Positions 54,782-64,000 of a DNA stretch of 64,000 bases are shown here, piece after piece (the first letter of the stretch is position 1; each line of letters starts with the position of its first letter). Source of the DNA: Eledone cirrhosa. Its lineage: Eukaryota. The DNA lies in NCBI GenBank assembly GCA_964016885.1, contig OZ024740.1:89218001-89282000 (forward strand), given 5' to 3'. The notes below the pieces were generated by a model that saw nothing but the letters and a program-made list of their open reading frames with translations, was not told the DNA's origin and did not search any database. The translations under genes were made by a program, and so were the position numbers.

Positions 54782-56933
54782 GGCGACCTACGTAGTAAAT
54801 CGTATCATCGTGAGCTCCGCAAATGTTTGTTATTTCCGTTTGTTAAATATTGCCATTTATGGAAAATTGTATTGTTAACTGTTTATAAGCACACATACAT
54901 AGTTTTCCGAAAAGGACACCCAAAAAGTTGGGGCCTTGTGCCCAAAATTTTAACTTTTATTATTACCAAAAAATTTCTTTGAAAAAAAAATGGCTAATTC
55001 ACCTCTGCAACAAGCAGCTGAAAGCCTTCCTCACAAATTAACACCTCACACCGACACCACCATTGTAAATGTTACTACGTTTGCCAACACAAAAAAAAAT
55101 ATAAGCAGTAGCAATATTTTAAATTTGTCTCAGGCAGACATTCATTTCTCGCCATTACCAATAACTGCAGGTGTTAAAGCCTCCACCACCACCGCCACCA
55201 CCGCGACAATCACCACCGCCACCACCACCGCGACAACAAAAACAAAAGAAGAAAAAAATAAATTAACTCGTGATGTCGAAATGAAATCAAGCAAAATGGA
55301 CTCCTCCGCACCAAAGACGACTGACGTCACCACAACCACAACTGAAACTTAAATTAATATTAACACAAATAACGATAGCAACAACAACAACAATGACATT
55401 ATAAAACCGACCCTCAGTTTCGCCATAGTAGCAAAACAGTTCGAAGCATTCACGGTAACTCAGGAGGATTTAGAAAATGCCAAACAAATGGAAAAGAAAG
55501 ATGTGTACAGGGTCAGCCTCACCCCCCACCTAATAAAATGGAGCATCGGCGCCTATGCACCGTGTCGTATAGAACAATAAATGTAAAATCGCACCGAGTG
55601 GAACGGGCATCCGAGTCCCAAATCCAAAAAGCTTTGGGACATGTGTGGGCAAGAAAAACCCACATCAGACGTGGGCAAAAGTATGGAACCGTGGATGTGT
55701 TCTTTGAAACACCAGAGGAGGCTAGAGAACACTCCATGGCCCCATTAAAAAGTGACGACTTCACACTCGTCCCAAGCTATTGTGGCCAGAGACTCGTAAA
55801 GATCAGGGTGACCCACTTTCCACCGGCCATCGAAATTCCCTGGCTAATAGCGGCTGTCCTCGCCGGCATCGAAGCCAACACGAAAATAATAGCAATAGCA
55901 AAAGAAAAGCAGGAAAACTGGTCCGGATCTGGGATGGAGCTCCTGATCCAAGCGGACCAAAAAAGCATTGAGGAGATCCCAGAGGTAATAGACCTCACTG
56001 ACGGCAGCCACCTCACGGTATTTGTCGAGGGCAGAAGACCTAGGTGTGTCGTTTGGGTGAAGGAACCCACCTAAGGGCTTTCTGCCCTCAGGCTAAAAGC
56101 TTGAGGCCACCTCTCCTACCCACCCCAGTGACACAACCATCAACACCACCAGTAGCAGAGATGGCAACAACAACTGTAGCAGCAACAACAGAAGCAACTA
56201 TAACAGCAACAACCCCAGCAACAGTAGCAAAACCAACACCACTACCATCACCAGCTAAACCAACACCACCACCACCCAACGCTTCAGAAGTAGCACCAGC
56301 GCCTACACCATCCACCACACCACAACCAAAACTAACGGCTGTGGAGGATTTTCCACTCCCCGGCCTATCACCACTGGAGACAGATTGTGACGACGAGTAG
56401 TGGGAAACGATATCCGGAAAAATAAAAATAAACCAAAAAAGAAAAAAATTCTCTTCCTTCCCCCTCCAAAAACAAAATACAGAGGGAAACAAATAAATTA
56501 AGAAACAAAAAAGTTAGGACAGATATGCCACCATCCACACATACAAATCACTCGCATCACACAGAAAACGTACATGACACTAAAACAAAAATTCCCCAAA
56601 GACATCGGAGACTTCCGACAAGCACTCTCAAGGAGGATTTATAAGGACATCCTTTCTGATGAGGCCACAAGCAGTGAAAAGGATGGAAAAACCGTCATTC
56701 CCCTACGAGAAGTAAGGTAAGTGGTCTTTCCCATCTTTTCCACTCCTTTTCAACATGACCTCACTCAGAATAGGCAGCATAAATGCGCGTGGCTTGGGGT
56801 CGTCATGGAAGCAGGGCCACCTGCTCAACGACCTCAAATCACTAAAGATAGATGTAGTGGCCATCAGCGAGACCAGAATCTCCGAAGCACAGGCTTTCGC
56901 ACCAATCTTCGGCGGCTACGATGTGTACGCATC
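54782..56933 (+). mobile_element. Tx1 5' part: 5'UTR, disrupted variant ORF1, start of ORF2
   Basis: CTVSYRTINVKSHRVERASESQIQKALG..LVPSYCGQ is homologous to ORF1 at 57685. ORF2 start MTSLRIGSINARG at 56755. Truncated at 56933. Confidence 0.92.
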
Positions 56934-57444
56934 ATGTCATGTCTCCAGCCCTTATAGTGAGTCTGGGCTAGGTGTTTACACTCGGATACAATGTGAGCCA
57001 CAGTCTCCTCTCTCTCCCCACAGATCCTGCATATTGGGCTAAACTCCTCCTTGTAAATATGGTGTTTCAGCCACTTCGTTTTGAGGGCCTGGTCTTGCGC
57101 AGCCATTAGCATTCCTTCTGTAGCCTTTTTAATGTCTCCTCTTCTCAACAAGTTCCATGTCTGTGGATCTCTGAATTCCGTTTTCTCAAATGAAGACTTT
57201 TTCATGAAGGTTGCTCTTTCTCCTTGTTGTTATTTCCTCCTTGGACATCCCCTGGTCTATTGTCCTCTCCTTCAGTACAATTCTGAGCATTGGCCCCCTA
57301 CTCTCCGTCACGTATTTGTGTAGGTTGTTTTTCTCCATCTAAACACAGTCCTCTATGCTGATAAGACCTCTTCCAGGTTCAGATCTCCTTAAGTAGAGTC
57401 TATCGACATCACTCCTTCTGTGGAACATGTTGTAGATAGTCAAT
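56930..57444 (-). mobile_element. Dong/R4 internal fragment (copy B, right part)
   Basis: Colinear with 53423-53948; its 5' end abuts (AAT)n 57445-57471. Confidence 0.9.
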
Positions 57445-57684
57445 ATTATTATTATTATTATTATTATTATTGAATGCCATGGTTGACGGAGGCTCGGCTC
57501 TGTAAGGTATAGTAATTTTTAACCGTTAAAACAATTGTAAATTGTTTAAAACTTGAACCAAATTGTTGATAAAGACACCCTCCTCCTCGTGAGAGGGGTC
57601 TTTCTGTCCGTTATTTGGCCCTTCGGGGTTAAATAACCAGTTATTGGGGTTTTGTACCCAAAATTTCATTTTAAACAAAAAAAC

Positions 57685-59781
57685 ATGGCTACGAAAAAGA
57701 AATTTCATACGTCACTCCCACTCATTCCGTCTTCTTCTTCCTCAATCATCACTACAGCAGAGAGAAGATTGTCTCTCTCCCTCCCTTCTTTAAATGTGTC
57801 TCTCTCCCTCCCTTCTCTTTCGCAAGCGACGAAAGAAAAGAAAAGTCTCGTGCAAAGCGTGCAAGGTTTCTCCACGACGACGACGACAGCGACGAAACAG
57901 GTGTGCGGGAAATACGAAAACCCAGTTCATTCGTCTGATGTCAGGAATAATAGCAGTAGCAGCCGTAATAACAACAGCAACAGTGACAATGAAAACAACA
58001 GTAGCAGCCGCAACAGCATCACCAGCAGCATAAACAACAACAGCATTAGCAGCAGCAACACCAACAACAACCACAGCAACAGCGGCGGAGGCAGTAGTCG
58101 TAGTACCTGCAGCAACAACAAAAGTACCAGCAGCTCTGACGACAACAACAACAGCAGAGAAAAACCAATCTCATTTGCAGGTATTGCGAAAAACTTGGAA
58201 ACAATCCTCATAAAAAATGAGGAATTAGAGGAAGCGAAGAAGATGGTGACAAAGAACGGACACCGAGCAATCTGCAAGGCAGCGAAAAATTTTTTCGAAA
58301 CCCAAGAGCACTGTACGGTCACGTACCGTACAGTAAGTACAAAATCCCGTAGGGTGGAAAGAGCCACAGAGGCCCAAATACAAAAAGCCTTGGGGTCTGT
58401 GTGGCAGCGGAAAACGCACATCACCCGAGGCAAAAAATACGCCACCGTAGACGTACTTTTTGCCACACCCCAGGAGGCAAAGGCCCAATCAGTAGTGACC
58501 CTAAGGAGCGAGGAAATGGTGTTGGTGCCCTCCTACTGCGGGCAAAAAATTGTGAGGGTCAAACTGACACACGTCCCCCCCGGAATGACCCCTTCTTGGC
58601 TGGCCGCGTCTGTCCTCGTCGGAATCGAGGACAAAACAACTGTACTGCAAGTACAGAAAAAAGTAAGAGAAGATTGGGTCGGCTCCTCCATTGAGATGCT
58701 AATCCAAACCAACCAGGAGTGCATCGAAGCTATCCCGGATGTGATAGACTTCGATAACGGCACTCAACTGCCCATAAGTGTTGAGGGCAAACGCCCGAAA
58801 TGCTTTCGCTGTGGATCGAAGACTCACCTCATGGCCTTCTGCAACGAGAAGACCCTGAGAAAGGAGAAAACCCCCCTCCTTCCGAATCCGGCTCCACGGC
58901 TACCAGCAACAGGACAAGCGGCAACCAGGAACGATAGGTCCGTGGCACCCATACCCACTCCACGGAAATCAAAGACAGCAGCAGCAGTGGAAATATTAAC
59001 AACAACAACAGCAATACCAAATGCAGCTGCAACAGAGACTCCAGTGCAAACATCACCAACAACAACAAGTGAACGAGTGGAGCTGGTACCCCTCCCCGAC
59101 CTTACAGAATCAGACATGGAGTGTGAGGTGGGAGAGGGATGGCAAAAGGTCGCAAGAAGGCACAAACGCAGAAGCAGCGCATCGTCGCCTTTGAAAAGGG
59201 AGGAAAGAAATGAGAAAAGGGTAAAGTCTACTGCAAAGAGACCCACAGCAGCAACACCACCAACACCATCACCACCCACACCAGCACCACCATCACCACC
59301 GGCGACAACCCCACCGCCAACAACACCTTCAACAACACCACCACAAGCACCAACATCGCAAACACAACAACAAAACACACACACCCAGCAACAACGACAA
59401 GAAAATAGCAGAACCACACCCCACCCCCAGAAAAACAAATGCACGGCAATAAACACACACAACAAGAAACTAATGACTTACATAATTGAACACACAGACA
59501 TTTTACAACAGGACTACATAATACCAGCACCAATCAAAACGCCAACTAACATAAGACTGCTAAAAATAGCACAGAAACAATACACAAACATTAAAACGAA
59601 ATTCCCCAACGCAGTTGGTGATTTCAGGGACCTAGGAGGAACCATTAATCGAAGAGTATATTCAGACATTCTCTTAGAAGAGCCGACGACCAGCCGAAGG
59701 GACGATTCAACGGTCCCTTCACCAGACGATCAAGTGAAAAGGGATGTAAAAACCATCCCTCCTCTACCAAAAGTACGGTAA
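57685..59781 (+). CDS. ORF1p: nucleic-acid-binding protein with CCHC zinc knuckle
   Basis: Open frame, first ATG at 57685. S/N-rich N-terminus, RRM-like central region, CFRCGSKTHLMAFC (Cx2Cx4Hx4C), P/T-rich linker. Confidence 0.9.
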   Translation: MATKKKFHTSLPLIPSSSSSIITTAERRLSLSLPSLNVSLSLPSLSQATKEKKSLVQSVQGFSTTTTTATKQVCGKYENPVHSSDVRNNSSSSRNNNSNSDNENNSSSRNSITSSINNNSISSSNTNNNHSNSGGGSSRSTCSNNKSTSSSDDNNNSREKPISFAGIAKNLETILIKNEELEEAKKMVTKNGHRAICKAAKNFFETQEHCTVTYRTVSTKSRRVERATEAQIQKALGSVWQRKTHITRGKKYATVDVLFATPQEAKAQSVVTLRSEEMVLVPSYCGQKIVRVKLTHVPPGMTPSWLAASVLVGIEDKTTVLQVQKKVREDWVGSSIEMLIQTNQECIEAIPDVIDFDNGTQLPISVEGKRPKCFRCGSKTHLMAFCNEKTLRKEKTPLLPNPAPRLPATGQAATRNDRSVAPIPTPRKSKTAAAVEILTTTTAIPNAAATETPVQTSPTTTSERVELVPLPDLTESDMECEVGEGWQKVARRHKRRSSASSPLKREERNEKRVKSTAKRPTAATPPTPSPPTPAPPSPPATTPPPTTPSTTPPQAPTSQTQQQNTHTQQQRQENSRTTPHPQKNKCTAINTHNKKLMTYIIEHTDILQQDYIIPAPIKTPTNIRLLKIAQKQYTNIKTKFPNAVGDFRDLGGTINRRVYSDILLEEPTTSRRDDSTVPSPDDQVKRDVKTIPPLPKVR

Positions 59782-59816
59782 GTGGTCTTTCCCATCTTTT
59801 CCACTCTATTTTAAAC

Positions 59817-62800
59817 ATGACCTCACTCAGAATAGGCAGCATAAATGCGCGTGGCTTGGGGTCGTCATGGAAGCAGGGTCACCTGCTCAACGACCTCAGG
59901 TCACTAAACAGAGATGTAGTGGCCATCAGCGAGACCAGAATCTCCGAAGCACGGGCCTTCGCACCGATCTTCGGCGGCTACGATGTGTACGCATCTCCCA
60001 GCCGTCCTGGATCGGGTGGAGGAGTTGCTGTGCTTTTTCGGAGAGGTTTGGATCTCGCCATACGGGCCATCTTCCTGGACCCAGAGGGTAAGCTGGTGGT
60101 GCTGGACGTGACCAGCGGAGACGGGCAAGCTTTCAGGCTAGTGGCCGTCTATGCCCCGACAGGAGCAGGGCGGCCTGATTTCTTCCGGCGTCTGGAGACC
60201 TTTCTTGGAACGTCCCGCTCTTTAGTGTTAGTGGGCGACTGGAACGGGATCTTAGATGCACGCTGGGACTGTGTGGGATTAGCGGATAGGGGTGGAGGGT
60301 GCAAGAGCCTCACCAACCTGCTCAGGCGTTTTGAACTGTCTGACAGGTACCGATTGGATTTCCCGAATGTGCCAATGTGGACTTGGACAAACCGCATAGG
60401 GTCATCCAGATCATATCTAGATAGAGTATTTTGTAGGGAAATAGATAGGTCTAGCATAGGCTGTCCACAATTCAAGATAGTCAGCTACACGGACCACAAA
60501 TTCGTGACCTGTGTGCTTGACTTAGATAGGCTTCATAGACGAGGACCCAGCTACTGGAAGCTAAACGCGTCCTTACCAGCTCGCAAGGCCTACAGAGACC
60601 GGATTAGCGAACTAGTTAAGCGGGCGTTGACGGGGGCCATCGTCAACAACAAGTGGTGGTTTGCTCTGAAAAGAGCGATTAGAATAGAATCGATTAGGTT
60701 TAGTAAGGCTTTAGCAATAGAGAAAAATAGAGTAGAGGGAGAACTAGTTAGAAAATTAGACGAGGCGCTTAGCAAAGGCATTGCGACCGACGTGCTTGCG
60801 GCGAAATTGGCCCTTGACCAATTCTTCAATGCAAAGCACGAAGGCTGCGTTGTCAGAGCTAGGGTGCGTGCTCTCAGACACGAGGGGACGAAAGCCGTTC
60901 AATGGGCCCGAGTGGCGGAGGCGCGTCGTGGCAACAAAGCCACGATCCGGTCTTTGGTGGACCACGACGGGCGCATGCTACTCGATCCCGGGCAAATGTG
61001 TGAAGCTTTTCAGCGACACTTCGCTCAGCTGTTCGGGGGCAGCGGGGGGCCGGGTAGAGGGATGGACTTTAGTGTCTACCTCGACGGACTGCCGCGGCTC
61101 TCGGCCACTGAGGCGAAGTGTTGCGAAAAGCCGATAACAGCCGCTGAAGTACGGGAGGCAATGACTGGCTGCACAAGGGGTAAATCGCCTGGTTTGGATG
61201 GTCTGCCCTATGAACTTTACGTACAGATGCCAGACTTGTTCGGAGGCCTCTTGGCGGACGTCTACTGCAACTGGCAACAGAACGGGAGAATTCCCAGTTC
61301 TGTGAGCCGAGGAGCGGTGGCACTGCTGAGAAAGGATCCGAACAAGGGGGATAACATAGACAATTTCCGGCCCATAACTCTGCTAAACACAGAGTTTAAG
61401 ATTTTGGCCAAGGTGCTAGCAAAGAGGTTGGCGCTTGTCGTTGGTGGTCTGGTGGGAGAGGCGCAGACATGCGCCATTCCCGACAGATCCATCCACGACA
61501 ACCTCCACCTCATGCGATACATCGTAGAGAGGGTAGCTAGGGAACCTGGCACGGGTGGGTCCTTGATCAATTTAGATCAGTCGAAAGCTTTCGATAGGGT
61601 CGACCATCGTTACCTAGCGGCAGTCCTGAGGGCGGCTGGCTTTGGGCCCGTCTTCAGAGGCTGGATCGCTGCCATGCACAGCGACATCTGCTCTGTGGTG
61701 AGAGTGAACGGTCACCTGTCGGAACCGTTCAACATCATGCGCTCGGTCCGCCAAGGATGTCCCCTCTCGTCCCTCTTGTACGTATTGACTCTCGAGCCAT
61801 TACTGCACAAACTGGAGACGTTGAGGGGAGTCCCGCGCGAACTAGGATGCGGAAGATCCGTGTCAGCATATGCGGACGATGTCACCGTAGTGGTGTCGAA
61901 CGCCAAACACATCGAGGCGATCGGCACTACACTAAGAGAATACGAAGCGGTGACAGGAGCAATGATCAACCAGGAAAAGTCAGTGGGCCTGCAGCTCGGC
62001 ACCTGGAGAGGCAGGTCCATGCCGTCCAACAGCGTCGTCGGGCGCTGGACGGACGGACCGGTTAAATTGCTAGGGGTCTGTTTCGGTCCGGACCTCCAGA
62101 CGGACAAAAACTGGGACGAGGTGACGAGCAGGGTGGCTTCTCTCACCCAGAAATGGGCGGAGAGGAAGCTATCCCTGAAAGGTCGAGCGGAGGTGGCTAA
62201 CGCGTACATCGCGTCTGTCATCTGCTACCGCCTAACCGTCGTACCTTGTCCTAAGCCTCGCCTGACTGCGCTGGAGCGTTTGCTCTTTCGCTTTTTGTGG
62301 AAGGGACGTGCTCCGATGGTCAGGCGGTCCATCTGTTGTCAACACCCGCTACGTGGAGGGCTGGGCATGCCGTGGCTGATGATGCGCAGGCACGCGCTCA
62401 GGCTACGACATCTCCACCTCTTCCTCGACGGTGATCAGGTGTGGTCGCCGTTTGCTAGACGCGTTTTTCCCCAGCTCGTTTCCTTGACGGAGCTGCAGTC
62501 CTGGGTCAAGCGAAGACCGAGAGGGAGCGCCTGGAGACTGGAATGTCTTCAGGCGCTCACAGCCCTCGACCAATCGGGCAATGTGATCGGTGGAAACTCC
62601 ACCTCGGCGTTCTATAGAGGATTAGTGGAGGGGAAGAGCGACGACGTACTTGGGGAAACTCTAGGCGTCGACGAAAATCAACTAGCCAATCTCTTCGGAA
62701 GAACTTTCGGGCCAGGGCCTATGGACAACTTCCAGAAATCTCTGGCCTGGCAGTGCTACCGAGGAGCCTTGCCAGTTCGGGATAAACTCTACAGGCATGG

Positions 62801-63236
62801 AGGTGCCGTCAGCCGGGCATGTCCGAGATGCGCGCAGGGCGACGAAACCGTCCTGCACGCACTCGTCCAGTGTCCGAAAATTGCTGACTTGTGGGTTTAT
62901 GTCGAACACCTGCTGTCGCGTTTAGGACGGATCCAGCTATCATCTGAGTCTATCGTGAGGATTGCCCCGCCCTCCTCCTTTAGCCGGGAAGGGCAGGCAG
63001 TTTTTATCTGTCTGGTGGCCATGGCGAAAGAGATAGTATGGTGGACACGTTTGAAAGGGCTGAAGACGAGCACTTACCTCTTCGGTGATGCTCTGATTGA
63101 CTTTTTCAAATTTCATTTGAAAAGGAAAATCAGAGTAGAGAAGGAAGTGCTCTCTTCCCAGCATTTTGTTGAAAGATGGGTGAGAGAAGCAAGAATGGCC
63201 CGAGTGAATGGGCCGACTCTGAGTATATATCTGTAA
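59817..63236 (+). CDS. ORF2p: APE endonuclease, reverse transcriptase, C-terminal Cys/His domain (1139 aa)
   Basis: SINARG, ISET, VYAP, GDWN, YLDR, TDH (APE). PGLDGL, FRPITLLN, DQSKAFDRV, QGCPLS, YADD (RT). CPRC..ETVLHALVQC. Confidence 0.97.
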   Translation: MTSLRIGSINARGLGSSWKQGHLLNDLRSLNRDVVAISETRISEARAFAPIFGGYDVYASPSRPGSGGGVAVLFRRGLDLAIRAIFLDPEGKLVVLDVTSGDGQAFRLVAVYAPTGAGRPDFFRRLETFLGTSRSLVLVGDWNGILDARWDCVGLADRGGGCKSLTNLLRRFELSDRYRLDFPNVPMWTWTNRIGSSRSYLDRVFCREIDRSSIGCPQFKIVSYTDHKFVTCVLDLDRLHRRGPSYWKLNASLPARKAYRDRISELVKRALTGAIVNNKWWFALKRAIRIESIRFSKALAIEKNRVEGELVRKLDEALSKGIATDVLAAKLALDQFFNAKHEGCVVRARVRALRHEGTKAVQWARVAEARRGNKATIRSLVDHDGRMLLDPGQMCEAFQRHFAQLFGGSGGPGRGMDFSVYLDGLPRLSATEAKCCEKPITAAEVREAMTGCTRGKSPGLDGLPYELYVQMPDLFGGLLADVYCNWQQNGRIPSSVSRGAVALLRKDPNKGDNIDNFRPITLLNTEFKILAKVLAKRLALVVGGLVGEAQTCAIPDRSIHDNLHLMRYIVERVAREPGTGGSLINLDQSKAFDRVDHRYLAAVLRAAGFGPVFRGWIAAMHSDICSVVRVNGHLSEPFNIMRSVRQGCPLSSLLYVLTLEPLLHKLETLRGVPRELGCGRSVSAYADDVTVVVSNAKHIEAIGTTLREYEAVTGAMINQEKSVGLQLGTWRGRSMPSNSVVGRWTDGPVKLLGVCFGPDLQTDKNWDEVTSRVASLTQKWAERKLSLKGRAEVANAYIASVICYRLTVVPCPKPRLTALERLLFRFLWKGRAPMVRRSICCQHPLRGGLGMPWLMMRRHALRLRHLHLFLDGDQVWSPFARRVFPQLVSLTELQSWVKRRPRGSAWRLECLQALTALDQSGNVIGGNSTSAFYRGLVEGKSDDVLGETLGVDENQLANLFGRTFGPGPMDNFQKSLAWQCYRGALPVRDKLYRHGGAVSRACPRCAQGDETVLHALVQCPKIADLWVYVEHLLSRLGRIQLSSESIVRIAPPSSFSREGQAVFICLVAMAKEIVWWTRLKGLKTSTYLFGDALIDFFKFHLKRKIRVEKEVLSSQHFVERWVREARMARVNGPTLSIYL

Positions 63237-63498
63237 ACTAAAGGTGGAAAACTGGGAGAGGGCACTTGCCTTGGTGGTCAGGGTCATTGTGGCTTTTTAC
63301 TGGGCTTTCTCCACAAATGTCCCTCCGAAGTCTCCCCCCTATTGGGGAATTTTTTCATTGTTATTTTCATTGTTATTTTTGTTACATCCTCTGTTTTTGT
63401 TTTTTTTACACGCAGAAATGCCCATTTGTACCGTCCTGCATTGTCCTGCACTGTCCTTAATGTCTACTTTATGTAAACCCTTGTGGTTAATAAAGAAA

Positions 63499-63550
<52 letters not shown>

Positions 63551-64000
63551 ATATATATATGTGTGTGTATATATATTTATTTAGGTTTTTGGGGATCACC
63601 ACTGGATAGAATTGGTCATTTAGTATGGTCAATCTTGATGTAATATTATGGAGAGTACTCAACGTAGTGCAGTTCACCGGTCTTCGTTTGTGTAGTTGGT
63701 GGTGCTAATACGGAGTTAATTATTATAAATAAAATAACATGAGGCTTGACTGGTGTAAATCCTTGAAAAGTTTATTATACTATGATCATTTCAATGAGCG
63801 TGTTCCGTATGAATCCGGTGATATCCTCAGGTATTCGAAAAATAACAAAGGAATATATAAATCCATGTGTCCGAAATCAGAGACAGAGAGGATGACTGAC
63901 CAACTAGCTGCTTTCACCTCGGTCAGTCGCCCTCAAGTGATTGCAACTCCGTCTACTAATGACCATCTGGTGACTGGGTGAATGCTTATAATGTACTATG

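Larger units (their letters stand above)
57472..63500 (+). mobile_element. Full-length Tx1/L1-clade LINE with two intact ORFs
   Basis: 5'UTR, ORF1, 35-bp spacer, ORF2, 3'UTR with AATAAA (63489). Flanked by (ATT)n at 57445-57471 and 63501-63546. Confidence 0.95.

Noticed and set aside
58824-59533. Long antisense ORFs over Tx1 ORF1/ORF2 (and over Gypsy pol)
   Set aside because: Shadow frames caused by codon bias and low complexity; no independent motifs.

Overview
AT-rich, repeat-saturated animal DNA. The SINE types and dense (TA)n/(ATT)n tracts suggest a mollusc, probably an octopod (inference). No host gene can be called confidently; there are only a few weak candidate exons. Main contents: (1) a complete but decayed Ty3/Gypsy LTR element of the CsRN1 type (613-6446, minus; 449-bp LTRs, CATT TSD, tRNA-Trp-like PBS). 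(2) A 7-33 kb tract of Penelope-like element (PLE) debris with Naiad-type GIY-YIG fragments, about ten different type I hammerhead-ribozyme motifs, and many fold-back structures whose 3' ends point outward, mostly toward (TA)n. These include two circularly permuted multi-copy units: a 530-bp hammerhead unit and a 289-bp unit with a tRNA-like cloverleaf and no canonical hammerhead. (3) SINEs, a mariner-type MITE and Helitron-like remnants. (4) A 52-63.5 kb nest of two non-LTR families that abut (ATT)n/(AAT)n on opposite strands: Dong/R4 (RLE) copies and Tx1/L1-clade copies, one full length with intact ORF1 and ORF2. In that Tx1 element the inter-ORF spacer is complementary to the 3'UTR just past the ORF2 stop, and it overlaps a potential 53-nt intron that would fuse ORF1 to ORF2 in frame.
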